From: Alphaproteobacteria bacterium
GTDB lineage: Bacteria > Pseudomonadota > Alphaproteobacteria > VGEJ01
Assembly: GCA_965226045.1 (NCBI GenBank)
Contig: CBDDBU010000021.1
Location: 1-64,000 of the forward strand
Reading direction: 5' to 3'
DNA length: 64,000 bases
Part shown: positions 19,861 to 29,535 of the stretch, in pieces
Layout: every line of letters begins with the position of its first letter
How positions within the stretch are numbered: position 1 is the first letter of the stretch
The notes under the pieces: generated by a model
The model's database searches: none
Seen by the model: only the letters and a program-made list of their open reading frames with translations
Told to the model about the DNA's origin: nothing
Position numbers and translations under genes: made by a program

Positions 19861-21021
19861 ATGAAGCTAGAGGGAGTCCGTGTTCTCGACCTGTCGCTGT
19901 TTTTGCCCGGCCCGCTGCTGACCCAGATGATGGCTGACCACGGCGCCGAGGTGATCAAGCTCGAACCACCTGGCGCCGGCGAGCCGAGCCGCGCGATCGA
20001 CCGCCAGCGCGACGGCGTCTCGGTGTTTTTCGCGAATACTCACCGGGGCAAGAAATCGATCCAACTCGACCTCAAGACCGACCAAGGCCGCGAGATCGCG
20101 CTCCGGCTGGCCGCACGCGCCGATGTGATGATCGAGGGCTTTCGCCCCGGCGTCGTCGACCGCCTCGGGATCGGCTACGCTCAAGTGAGCCGGCGGTCGC
20201 CGCGTCTCGTTTACTGCTCGATCTCCGCCTTCGGCCAGGACGGCCCGTATGCGCGCCGGCCCGCCCACGATCTCGCCACCGAGGCGCTGGCGGGCATCCT
20301 GAGCATTACCTTGGGCGGCGATGGACAGCCGGCCATGCCGGGCATCGCCGCCGCCGACATCCTGTCATCGACGATGGCGCTCTCGGCGGTCTTGATGGCG
20401 CTGCTGCGCCGCGAAACGACCGGCCTGGGCGACTACATCGACATGGCCATGATGGACGCCCTGATGGCGGCGGTGCCCAATAACATGGGCCCGGTGCTGG
20501 CGGACAAGCGCGCCCCGGTCGTCGAGCACGAGCGGCCGTGGGGCGGCAACGCCATGTACCGGATCTACGCGACCAAGGACGGCCGCCACGTGGTGTTAGG
20601 CGGCGCGGAGATGCATTTCGCCCGCAACGTGCTGGAGGCGCTGGGCCGCCCCGATCTTCTCGCACTGTGCGAGCCGCCGCCGGGCCCACACCAAGACCCG
20701 GTCAAGCACTTCCTAGCGGCAACCTTCCGCACCCGGACCCAGGCCGAATGGGTCGAATTCTTCGCGGCGGTCGAGTGCCCCGTCGCCCCCGTCAAGACCA
20801 TGCGCGAGGCCGCCGACGATCCCCAGGTCCGCGCGCGGCGCATGATCGTCGAGGACGAGCGCGGCTGGGAACACGTCGGAACACCGCTAAAGTTCCAAGA
20901 CGAGCCCGGCCAGCCCAATTTCACATTCCCGAGGTTGGGCCAGCACACCGAGGAGATCGTTCACGAACTCGACTTCAACGACGCCGAGATCGCCGCGATG
21001 CGGGAACGCGGCGTGTTTTAG
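19861..21021 (+). CDS. Family III CoA-transferase (CaiB/BaiF family), second paralog
   Basis: 386 aa. MKLEGVRVLDLSLFLPGPLLTQMMADHGAEVIKLEPPG is the canonical CaiB-family N-terminus. Confidence 0.85.
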   Translation: MKLEGVRVLDLSLFLPGPLLTQMMADHGAEVIKLEPPGAGEPSRAIDRQRDGVSVFFANTHRGKKSIQLDLKTDQGREIALRLAARADVMIEGFRPGVVDRLGIGYAQVSRRSPRLVYCSISAFGQDGPYARRPAHDLATEALAGILSITLGGDGQPAMPGIAAADILSSTMALSAVLMALLRRETTGLGDYIDMAMMDALMAAVPNNMGPVLADKRAPVVEHERPWGGNAMYRIYATKDGRHVVLGGAEMHFARNVLEALGRPDLLALCEPPPGPHQDPVKHFLAATFRTRTQAEWVEFFAAVECPVAPVKTMREAADDPQVRARRMIVEDERGWEHVGTPLKFQDEPGQPNFTFPRLGQHTEEIVHELDFNDAEIAAMRERGVF

Positions 21022-21175
21022 CAGGCGGCCTCCCGCAGGGAACCGTTGCGCCAACCGGTTCGACCCCTTGAATGTGAACCTCCCCCTTGCTGCGGCCAAT
21101 TCGCGCGCGGCAAGTCGGCCCTTGCTTGTGCTGGTCCGGCGGCGGTCCTAGCATCGCCCGAGGATACGAGACGCG

Positions 21176-22057
21176 ATGACACAACGACACCAACGCCGAG
21201 CCGAGCTGGCGGCGCGCATCCGCGCTAAGGACTTCGTGACCGCGCCCGGTATTTTCGACCTGATCTCGGCCCGTATCGCCGATGGCTACGACTTCCCCGC
21301 GCTCTATATGACCGGATACGGTACGGTGGCGTCGCATTTGGGCCTGCCCGATGCGGGTCTTGCCACCTATAGCGATATGGTCGGCCGCGTCGCCCGCATC
21401 TGCGAGGTCGTGGACACGCCGCTGATCGCGGATGGTGACACCGGCTATGGCGGTCTCCTCAACGTGGAACACACCGTGCGCGGTTACGAGCTGGCGGGCG
21501 CCGCAGCCATCCAGCTCGAGGACCAGCAGTTTCCGAAGAAATGCGGCCACACGCCCGACCGGCCCGTGGTTCCGCTTGCCGACATGGTGGCGAAGATCCG
21601 CGTCGCGGGGGCGGCGCGCGACTCGAGCGACTTTCTGATCATCGCGCGGACCGATGCGCGCACCAACCACGGCCTCGACGAGGCCCTGCGACGGGCTGAG
21701 GCGTTCGCCGAGGCGGGTGCCGACGTGCTGTTCGTCGAGGCCCCGGAATCGATCGACGAGATGCGCGAGATTGGCCGGCGCTTCGATCTACCCCTGCTCG
21801 TCAACATGGTTGATGGTGGAAAGACGCCGGTGCTGAGCCGGGCGGACCTCGTCGACATCGGCTATGCGCTGGCGATCTTTCCGGCGACCGGCTTCCTCGC
21901 CATGGGCGCGGCGCTGCGCGGGGTCTACGGCCATCTCGCCAACCAGGGATCGAGCGCCAACCTAGAGACGCCGCTCGACGACTTCGGCGAGTTCAGCAAG
22001 CTGATGGGGTTCGAGGCGGTGTGGGCGTTTGAGCGCCGCTGGGCCGACGAGAGCTGA
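21176..22057 (+). CDS. Isocitrate lyase / PEP mutase family protein (methylisocitrate-lyase / carboxyvinyl-carboxyphosphonate phosphorylmutase-like)
   Basis: 293 aa. Family motifs PGIFDLISAR ... YMTGYG ... DGDTGYGG ... KKCGH. Confidence 0.75.
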   Translation: MTQRHQRRAELAARIRAKDFVTAPGIFDLISARIADGYDFPALYMTGYGTVASHLGLPDAGLATYSDMVGRVARICEVVDTPLIADGDTGYGGLLNVEHTVRGYELAGAAAIQLEDQQFPKKCGHTPDRPVVPLADMVAKIRVAGAARDSSDFLIIARTDARTNHGLDEALRRAEAFAEAGADVLFVEAPESIDEMREIGRRFDLPLLVNMVDGGKTPVLSRADLVDIGYALAIFPATGFLAMGAALRGVYGHLANQGSSANLETPLDDFGEFSKLMGFEAVWAFERRWADES

Positions 22058-22072
22058 GCCGAACCGCGCGGT

Positions 22073-22714
22073 TCAGGCCGCCGCCTTCTGCAGCCGTTGA
22101 AGGACGTGGGCGCTGGTCGCGACGTCGGCGTATTTCTGCTCTATGTCGAAGAGATTGGCCTCGTGCGGGCCAAGGGCGCGGTCGCCAACGCAATCGCTGA
22201 CCACGATGGTGCGGAAGTTATGACTGCATGAATCGACCACGGACGCGCGAACACAACCCGAGGTGGTGCAGCCGGTCACGAGCAGCGTATCTACCCCACG
22301 CATCACCAGCCACGGCGCAAGGCCGGTGCCGAAGAACGCTGAAGGCTCGGTCTTGCGAACGATGAACTCGCCGGGCAGCGGCTTCAGCTGGGGCACGATC
22401 TGGCCCGCCTCGGCGCTCTCAGTCAGCGTTTTCAGCGCCGGCACCTTGAGGCAGAACACGCCCGCATCCGACCCGTCATCGGCGTAGACGACCCGGGTGA
22501 AGGCGACCGGGATGCACGCCGCCCGCGCGCCATCGAGCAAGATACGCGTCCGTTTGATCGCAGCGTCGATGTTACCACCGCCGAACTGGCCCGCGTCGTT
22601 GAACCCGTTGGTGAAGTCGACAATCAGCAACGCCGGAGCCCGACCGAACCCGACCTCGTTGGCGAAGCCTTGTCGGCGATAGATGTCTAGTTCGCTCAAC
22701 CGACCCTCCTCCAT
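22073..22714 (-). CDS. Isochorismatase-family cysteine hydrolase (RutB / CSHase-like)
   Basis: Start set at MEEGRLSELDIY by alignment to the paralog at 39483. Motifs LLIVDFTNGF and VTGCTTSGCVRAS (catalytic Cys). Confidence 0.7.
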   Translation of the reverse strand: MEEGRLSELDIYRRQGFANEVGFGRAPALLIVDFTNGFNDAGQFGGGNIDAAIKRTRILLDGARAACIPVAFTRVVYADDGSDAGVFCLKVPALKTLTESAEAGQIVPQLKPLPGEFIVRKTEPSAFFGTGLAPWLVMRGVDTLLVTGCTTSGCVRASVVDSCSHNFRTIVVSDCVGDRALGPHEANLFDIEQKYADVATSAHVLQRLQKAAA

Positions 22715-22848
22715 CCTACGCCCCTGATCATAAACCATCGCGGCATGATGACATATGGCGCGATACGATCGGGCGGGCGCGACGGTCATTTGGCATCGGG
22801 GTGGCCGCAAGCTAACTTCGCGCGAGTTGTGGTTGCGCCGGGCACGGT

Positions 22849-23895
22849 ATGGACGGTCAGTCGACGGTTTTCCTCGAGGTGATGGTCGGGATAGCGGTTG
22901 TCGGTCTGCTGGCCTTTCTCGTGCTGTTGGTGGCGCGGGGCCCGGCTGGAGCGAGACCAGGCGACGGCGCAGGACGAGCACCGCCCGCGCCGCACTGGGC
23001 CGGGATCCTGCTGGCCGTGGTCCTGCTAATCGTCGTCATGCTGGTGGTGGTGTGGCGGCTCCCGCCACTCACCGCCGATCTCGCGCCGTCCGGCTGGCGC
23101 GAAGGGCCGCGCGCGCTGGTGTTTTTTGGCGTCATGTTGGCGGCTGGGGCGGTCGGCTTGGTGGCCTATCTTGGCTTTCTACTGGCCGGCACCGCGGGCG
23201 GCCTATCCGGCGCCGGACCGGCGGGAGTCGCGGCCGCGCCTGCGGCGAATGGGACCGAGGCGGGCTCAGGGCTGCGGATGCTCGGCCTGCTGGCCCTGGG
23301 CCTCGCGTTCTTGGCCCTCAGCTGGGCTTACCTCGACGGTGAACGGCAATACGCCCTGGTGCACGACCTTCTCTACCCGGCGAGCTTCGCGGTGGCATTG
23401 GTCCTGCTCTTCGATAAGGCCACCCGCGCCTGGAGCGTCAAGGGTGGCGGGGCGAGCGCCCGAGAGTGGCTGTTGTGCGACGCGCTTGTTTTTCTATTGG
23501 TGCTCGGTTTTCTCGACCTTTCAAGCCGCAGCGGAGGCGAGGACTACGGCGTGTTATGGGATGTTCTCCATATTGCACTGTTCTTCCTTGCGTTCTGGCT
23601 CCTCGATCGCACAGCGAGCACTCTGCGATTTCTCGCCGCCTATGGTTATCTGATGGTGCTGCCCATACTGCACCTCATCGCGGCGCCTTCGCCCGTGCCC
23701 GACGCCGACGGCGTGCTCTGGTGGACGACGGTCTGGCCATTCTTCTTCCTGGCGGCGCTGTTCTTCGTCCTCGAGATTATCATGCTGGTGGCGTGGCGGG
23801 ATTGGGCGGTGGGCATGGTCGCACTGGTCAAGGATGGGGTCTTCATCGGAGCCTATGCCATCCTGCTGATCGGCGCTATTCCGGCGCCGGCGTGA
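22849..23895 (+). CDS. Polytopic membrane protein, hypothetical
   Basis: 348 aa, about 9 hydrophobic segments, strong GC3 bias. No recognisable family. Confidence 0.5.
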   Translation: MDGQSTVFLEVMVGIAVVGLLAFLVLLVARGPAGARPGDGAGRAPPAPHWAGILLAVVLLIVVMLVVVWRLPPLTADLAPSGWREGPRALVFFGVMLAAGAVGLVAYLGFLLAGTAGGLSGAGPAGVAAAPAANGTEAGSGLRMLGLLALGLAFLALSWAYLDGERQYALVHDLLYPASFAVALVLLFDKATRAWSVKGGGASAREWLLCDALVFLLVLGFLDLSSRSGGEDYGVLWDVLHIALFFLAFWLLDRTASTLRFLAAYGYLMVLPILHLIAAPSPVPDADGVLWWTTVWPFFFLAALFFVLEIIMLVAWRDWAVGMVALVKDGVFIGAYAILLIGAIPAPA

Positions 23896-24060
23896 CGCCA
23901 ACGGCCATCGGGAGCCATGTTGGGGTCACGGCGGCGTTTGCCTTCGGTTCAGGCAATCGAGTAAATAGGGCCATCATCCGAGTACCGAGGCCGTCACCAA
24001 TGTCACCACGCTCTGGTCCCCGACGGGCAAGAAACTTGGTCCCATGAGAAGGCTGTCCCC

Positions 24061-24525
24061 ATGACAGGTTGGCAGTGGTTTGGGACGCTGGTCGGCTTCC
24101 TCCTGTACATTATCCTGCTGATTTTTCTGTTCTACTACGAGCCGTTCGAGGAACTCTTCAATCTCGTCATCCATGGCATCAGCTACGACAGCACGATCTT
24201 CTGGGTCGCGCTACTGATCGGCATCGTCGGCTTCTGCGGCTTCCACTGGCGCGCGTACCGGCTGTATGAGGTGCAGCAACAGGCGGTCGAATCCATGGTC
24301 TTGGCCTCGCTGCGGGGCTCGACCTTCACAGCGATTCTGCTGAGCGCCGGCGCCACTCTGCAAGCGGTGCAGATATTGTGTCTTCACCTGCTGCGCGCCG
24401 AGAGCGTTCTGAACGCCGGGCTCGGCCAGCGCCTCGCCGCAGTGGTGATGCTGGCGATTCTGACCGGCATCTTTTGTATCATCTTCTGGTTGCTGAAGTT
24501 GGTCCGCCCGGTCGGCCAATCCTGA
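24061..24525 (+). CDS. Small membrane protein, hypothetical (paralog of 37672..38199)
   Basis: 154 aa, 4 TM segments. About 35% identical over the N-terminal half to the ORF at 37672. Sits next to dihydropyrimidinase. Confidence 0.5.
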   Translation: MTGWQWFGTLVGFLLYIILLIFLFYYEPFEELFNLVIHGISYDSTIFWVALLIGIVGFCGFHWRAYRLYEVQQQAVESMVLASLRGSTFTAILLSAGATLQAVQILCLHLLRAESVLNAGLGQRLAAVVMLAILTGIFCIIFWLLKLVRPVGQS

Positions 24526-24532
24526 GCGGAAG

Positions 24533-25948
24533 TTAGCCGCCGGGCGTCGCCGTCGCGTGCAAGCCGCCGTAGGGGCCGCGGCGCATGAACATGCCGTCGC
24601 CTGCCCGCCCGACATATTTTCCGGCATCAACGATGACCTTGCCCCGCGACAGAACCGTCTCGGTGAAGCCCTTTACGCGCATCCCCTCATAGGCGTTGTA
24701 ATCGATGTTCATGTGATGGGTCTTGGGATTGTGGTAGCTGATCGTCTCTTCGTGGTCGGGATCAAAGATGACGATATCGGCATCGCTGCCCACGGCGATC
24801 GTCCCTTTGCGCGGGAACAGCCCGAAGATCTTGGCGGGCCCGGTCGAGGTCAGTTCGACGAACCGATTGAGGCCGATGCGCCCCTGGCTCACGCCGTGGT
24901 GGTAGATCAGGCTCATGCGGTTCTCGACCCCCGGACCCCCGTTGGGGATCTTGCTGAAATCGCTGATGCCGATCTCTTTTTGATCCTTGAGGCAAAACGG
25001 ACAATGGTCGGTGGCGATGACGTGGAGATCGCCGCCGCGCAGCCCGCGCCAGAGCTCATCCTGGTTCCACTTCTCCCGCAGCGGCGGCGTCAGCACATAC
25101 TTGGCGCCGTCGAAGCCGGGCTCGTCATAGGCGCTGACATCGAGCAGCAGATATTGCGGACAGGTCTCGCCGTGGGCCATCACACCGCGCGCCTGGGCGT
25201 CACGTATTTCCTTCAAGGAATCGTATGAGCTCATGTGCACGATGTAGACCGGCGCGCGCGCGACCTCGGCGATGGCCAGCGCGCGATGGGTGCCCTCCGC
25301 CTCCAGTCGCGTCGGGCGGGTGATGGCGTGATACTTGGGCGCGGTGTGGCCCTCGGCGAGGGCGATTTTGACGAGCTCATCGATGACGATACCGTTCTCC
25401 GCGTGCATGCAGACCAGCGTGCCGTCCTCGCCGGCCTTGCGCATCGCCCGGAAGATGGTGGCGTCGTCGGAGAGCAACACCCCCGGGTACGCCATGAATA
25501 GCTTGTAGCTCGTCACCCCGTCGTCGGCGAGCCGGCGCATCTCGTGGGTGCGCGTGTCGGGCATGTCGGTGACGATCATGTGAAAGCCGTAGTCGATGGC
25601 GGTCTTGCCGGCCGCCTTCTCGTGCCAGGTGTCGAGCGCCTCCAGGGTCGAGGTTCCCTTGGCCTGAACGGCGAAGTCGACGATGCAAGTGGTCCCGCCG
25701 TACGCGGCCGCACGGGTTCCGGTCTCGAACGTGTCCGACGTCGTGGTGCCGCCGAACGGCATCTCCAGGTGGGTGTGGGGATCGACCCCGCCCGGAATCA
25801 CCAGCTTGCCCGCAGCATCGATCACCCGGTCGGCAGCGATGACGAGATCGGCGCCGATCAGGGTGACGGTCGAGTCTTCGATGAAGATATCGGCGTGGTA
25901 GTCGTCGCTTGCCGTCACCACGCGGCCGTTCTTGATCAGCACGCTCAT
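24533..25948 (-). CDS. Dihydropyrimidinase / D-hydantoinase (cyclic amidohydrolase)
   Basis: 471 aa. Metal-binding GVDPHTHLEMPF, carboxylated-Lys region, HAE and DHCPF motifs. Confidence 0.85.
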   Translation of the reverse strand: MSVLIKNGRVVTASDDYHADIFIEDSTVTLIGADLVIAADRVIDAAGKLVIPGGVDPHTHLEMPFGGTTTSDTFETGTRAAAYGGTTCIVDFAVQAKGTSTLEALDTWHEKAAGKTAIDYGFHMIVTDMPDTRTHEMRRLADDGVTSYKLFMAYPGVLLSDDATIFRAMRKAGEDGTLVCMHAENGIVIDELVKIALAEGHTAPKYHAITRPTRLEAEGTHRALAIAEVARAPVYIVHMSSYDSLKEIRDAQARGVMAHGETCPQYLLLDVSAYDEPGFDGAKYVLTPPLREKWNQDELWRGLRGGDLHVIATDHCPFCLKDQKEIGISDFSKIPNGGPGVENRMSLIYHHGVSQGRIGLNRFVELTSTGPAKIFGLFPRKGTIAVGSDADIVIFDPDHEETISYHNPKTHHMNIDYNAYEGMRVKGFTETVLSRGKVIVDAGKYVGRAGDGMFMRRGPYGGLHATATPGG

Positions 25949-26096
25949 ATCATCCTCCCCGCTTTGTTGCGTTCCCCGGCTCGGAATCCTAAGCTACTAC
26001 TAGAAGCAAATGTTTGTAAGAAATACCTAGCGAATTCCGTGCGATAGCGCCCCAGCCGATTCTCTCGGGACGGCGCACGGGCCTGTATTCGCGACG

Positions 26097-26370
26097 AGAA
26101 AACAGAGGGAGAATCTCATGCGGGTCAAACAAAATGATACCACCAAGACCACCCAGCGGACCGCGATCAGTCGCCGGCGCCTGATGGGCACGACGGCCGC
26201 CGTGGCGGCCGCCGGCGCGATCACGGGCTTCCCAGAAAACAGAGGGAGAATCTCATGCGGGTCAAACAAAATGATACCACCAAGACCACCCAGCGGACCG
26301 CGATCAGTCGCCGGCGCCTGATGGGCACGACGGCCGCCGTGGCGGCCGCCGGCGCGATCACGGGCTTCCC
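26097..26370. repeat. Perfect 137-bp tandem duplication covering the RBS, start codon and signal-peptide N-terminus of the ABC substrate-binding-protein gene
   Basis: Units 26097..26233 and 26234..26370 are identical. 137 is not a multiple of 3, so the first start (26118) reads into a frameshifted 67-aa ORF while the second start (26255) heads the intact gene. Confidence 0.85.
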
Positions 26371-27541
26371 CAACATCGTGCGCGCCGCCGAGGATGTGCG
26401 GACCATCGGACTCGGGGTCAGCATCATCAACGAAATCCAGAGCCAGGCCTCCGAGGATCTGGGGTTCGGCGTGCGCGGTCAGGCGCTCGGTTACGGCGCC
26501 ATGTTCGGCAAAATGCTCAACCAGAACGACCAGTACGAGGTCGCCGAAGGCTACTTCAACGATATGGACGTGTTCATCCCGTCCAAGGTCTGGCAGCCGA
26601 TCGACACTCAGCGGATCACGGAGTGGGAGAACGTCACGAATCTCTCGAAGACGGGCCGGCTCACGCCCGACTCCAACCCCGGCCAGGGCGATGCGCCGTT
26701 CCGTCAATTGTGGCTCGACGAGAATGGAGACCGGGTCGAGGGGCCGTCACGCTACGTCTCGATGGTTCCCGGGTGGCACAACGCCGATTCCATCGGCTAC
26801 AACCCGGACGAGACCGGCCGCAAGATCGAGAGCTGGGCCGAACTGTTCAGCGACGATTTCAGGGGCCAGGTGGCGCTCCTGAACGTGCCTCAGATCGGTG
26901 TCATGGATGCCGCCTTGGGCGTCGAGGCGTTGGGTCTCCTGACCTTCAAGGACAAGGGCAACATGACCAAGCAGGAGATCGATTTCCTGATGGATTTCCT
27001 GATCGAGAAGAAAAAGGCCGGGCATTTCCGGGCCTTCTGGGAGACCTTTGGCCAGTCGGTGAACCTGATGGTCAGCGGCGAGGTCGCACTGGAAAGCATG
27101 TGGTCGCCGGCGGTGACCGCCATCAAGGCCGAGGGCGTGCGGTGCGTCTATGCCTTCCCCAAGGAGGGCATGCGCGGCTGGCACGGTGGTTGCGCCATCT
27201 CGGCCAAGGCCACCGGCAAGGCGCTCGACCAGGCCTACGAGTACATCAACTGGTGGCTGAGCGGTTGGCCCGGTGCGTTCGTGGCCCGTCAGGGTTATTA
27301 CATGTCAGTGCCCGAGAACGTGCGGAAGCATCTCGAGCCGGAGGAATGGGACTACTGGTACGACGGGAAAGCCGCCGCCAGGGAACTGCCCGATCCGTTC
27401 GGCAACATCATCGTGCCCGAAGGCGAAGTCAGGGACGGCGGATCCTATTGGGATCGCTTCAAGAACATCGCCGTGTGGAACTCGTTGATGGACGAGAATG
27501 ATTATCTGGTGAAGCGCTGGACGGAGTTCTTGACCGCCTGA
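26255..27541 (+). CDS. ABC transporter periplasmic substrate-binding protein (PotD/PotF-like), Tat signal
   Basis: 428 aa. RRRLMGTTAAVAAAGA twin-arginine signal. Polyamine/opine-type SBP fold. Confidence 0.8.
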   Translation: MRVKQNDTTKTTQRTAISRRRLMGTTAAVAAAGAITGFPNIVRAAEDVRTIGLGVSIINEIQSQASEDLGFGVRGQALGYGAMFGKMLNQNDQYEVAEGYFNDMDVFIPSKVWQPIDTQRITEWENVTNLSKTGRLTPDSNPGQGDAPFRQLWLDENGDRVEGPSRYVSMVPGWHNADSIGYNPDETGRKIESWAELFSDDFRGQVALLNVPQIGVMDAALGVEALGLLTFKDKGNMTKQEIDFLMDFLIEKKKAGHFRAFWETFGQSVNLMVSGEVALESMWSPAVTAIKAEGVRCVYAFPKEGMRGWHGGCAISAKATGKALDQAYEYINWWLSGWPGAFVARQGYYMSVPENVRKHLEPEEWDYWYDGKAAARELPDPFGNIIVPEGEVRDGGSYWDRFKNIAVWNSLMDENDYLVKRWTEFLTA

Positions 27542-27588
27542 TCGCGACGCGCTTCGCCCTCTCCGGTCGGAGGGACGGCCGCGATCAA

Positions 27589-27622
27589 CCCCCTCCCCTT
27601 CGTGGTCGGGCCGGGGGAGGGG
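27589..27622. repeat. REP-like hairpin (CCCCTCCCC ... GGGGAGGGG); possible terminator-like stem-loop after the SBP gene
   Basis: 9-bp G/C stem, 15-nt loop, no T-tract. The same stem motif recurs at 50933..50971. Confidence 0.5.
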
Positions 27623-27722
27623 TGAGCCGCTGCGCCTTGTGGATAGCGGCCGTTGTCCACGATTCACCCCCACCCCGGCCCTCCCCCGTCGACGGGGATG
27701 AGGCGCGTCGACGTCGTGATCG

Positions 27723-28703
27723 ATGACTGAGTCCGTCCAGCACCCCGGCCTGATTGGTGGTCAGCTCCGCGCGCCGACGGTTGTCGTCTCGGCCGCGGCC
27801 GAGAAGATTCGACGCCGACCTGGCTTCTCGACGGGCTGGTTGATAGCGCCCGCGAGCCTGTGGCTGCTGGTGTTCCTGGTAGTTCCCCTGGTCAGCATCG
27901 CGGGTTTCAGTCTGTGGACGGCCGCCGACCAAGGCGTTTCGGCCGGGTTGACGCTCGAATACTATGCGGCGTTCTTCGAGGAGGAGGGGTTCTTCGATCC
28001 CGCCTCCTCGAAGTTCCTCACCCCAAGCGTGTTCGTCAGGACATTGTTCACCACCTTCATTTTCACCCTCGAGGTGATGGCGCTGTGCCTGCTGGTGGGC
28101 TACCCGATCGCCTACTTCCTGGCCATGCAAGTGCAGTCGTTCAAATGGCAAATGGCTCTGTTCCTTGTGGCGCTGGTGCCGTTCTGGACCAGCTACCTGA
28201 TTCGGGCGGTGGCTTGGCTGCCGATGCTGGGACGGCGCGGACTGCTGAATAAGGCGCTGGTCAGCTTGGACATCGTCGACAAGCCAGCAAGCTTTCTGCT
28301 GTATTCCGAGTTCGGCTACACGATGGCTCTGGTTCAGCTCTACGTGGTGCTGTCCGTCGGACCGATCTTCTTTTCCTTGGCCAAGATCGATCGCTCGATC
28401 CTGGAAGCCGCCCGCGACATGGGCGCCTCGCCATTCAACGTCTTCAGGGAGATCATCCTTCCGCTTTCGCTGCCGGGCGTTGCCATCGGCATGATCTTCA
28501 TTTTCGTCATGATCATGGGGGAATTCGCGACCGCGGTCGTGGTCTATGGCGGCAAGACGTCGACCACGGGAACTGTCATCCTCAACTACTATGCCATCGC
28601 CAACTACCCGTTCGCGGCGGTCAACGCGGTCATGCTGATGTTGGCGATGATGATCGGGGTGGTGATCATCTTGCGCGTCGTCGACATTCGCAAGGAGCTT
28701 TGA
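27723..28703 (+). CDS. ABC transporter permease (PotB-like)
   Basis: 326 aa, 6 TM segments, EAA-like loop (ILEAARDMGASPFNVFREIILPLSLPG). Confidence 0.8.
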   Translation: MTESVQHPGLIGGQLRAPTVVVSAAAEKIRRRPGFSTGWLIAPASLWLLVFLVVPLVSIAGFSLWTAADQGVSAGLTLEYYAAFFEEEGFFDPASSKFLTPSVFVRTLFTTFIFTLEVMALCLLVGYPIAYFLAMQVQSFKWQMALFLVALVPFWTSYLIRAVAWLPMLGRRGLLNKALVSLDIVDKPASFLLYSEFGYTMALVQLYVVLSVGPIFFSLAKIDRSILEAARDMGASPFNVFREIILPLSLPGVAIGMIFIFVMIMGEFATAVVVYGGKTSTTGTVILNYYAIANYPFAAVNAVMLMLAMMIGVVIILRVVDIRKEL

Positions 28704-28704
28704 G

Positions 28705-29532
28705 GTGGCGCGCTGGTCCCGAGCGAGGCGGCGGCGAGCCGGTGTGAAGGCCGGCTTCAGCATCTATTACGCGATCTTCCTGGTGTTCATCTTCGGACCG
28801 ATGATCGCCATGTTCGTCCTCTCGTTCCAAGGCCAGCGAGGGGGCACCAGCTTCCCCATGCGGGGGTTCAGCTTCTACTGGTGGGGAAAACTGTTCGAAC
28901 CATCGGCGGTGGGCGATCTGCAGGGCGCCATGTTTCGCTCGCTCATTCTGGCGCTGATCGTGATGGTCATCACCGCGCTCTTCGCGACCATGCTGGCGAT
29001 GGCCTTTCGCAAGCGCTTCTTTGCTTCGGGTGTGCTGTTCTACACGATCATGGCCGGCCTCATGGCGCCCGGGATTCTGCTCAGTCTCGGCCTCGCCACG
29101 TTGCTGCGCGAACTCAACATCTCGCCGGCATGGTGGTCGTCTGGGCTTGGTGTCCACGTCGTGTGGACCTTGCCGTTCGGGTTCCTCGTGATGATGGCCG
29201 TCTTCAATCGCTTCGACGCCAGCCTCGAGGAGGCGGCGCGGGACATGGGGGCCGACGAGTGGACCGTCTTCAAGGAAGTGACCTTGCCGCTGATCGGCCC
29301 GGGGATAGCGGCCGCCGGCCTGTTCGGGTTTACGTTGTCCTACGATGAGTTCGCCCGCACCACCCTCCTGGCCGGCGAGTACAACACGCTGCCGCTCGAC
29401 ATCAACGCCTCGATGACTCAGCGCATCCGCCCCACGCTGTTTGCGCTAGGCACCGCGTCGACGCTGTTCTCGCTCGCCATGATCGGTCTGTTCGTGGTGA
29501 TTTACACCGTGCTCTACCGGCGCCTCCGCTGA
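28705..29532 (+). CDS. ABC transporter permease (PotC-like)
   Basis: 275 aa. EAA loop LEEAARDMGADEWTVFKEVTLPLIGPG. Confidence 0.8.
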   Translation: MARWSRARRRRAGVKAGFSIYYAIFLVFIFGPMIAMFVLSFQGQRGGTSFPMRGFSFYWWGKLFEPSAVGDLQGAMFRSLILALIVMVITALFATMLAMAFRKRFFASGVLFYTIMAGLMAPGILLSLGLATLLRELNISPAWWSSGLGVHVVWTLPFGFLVMMAVFNRFDASLEEAARDMGADEWTVFKEVTLPLIGPGIAAAGLFGFTLSYDEFARTTLLAGEYNTLPLDINASMTQRIRPTLFALGTASTLFSLAMIGLFVVIYTVLYRRLR

Positions 29533-29535
29533 CGA

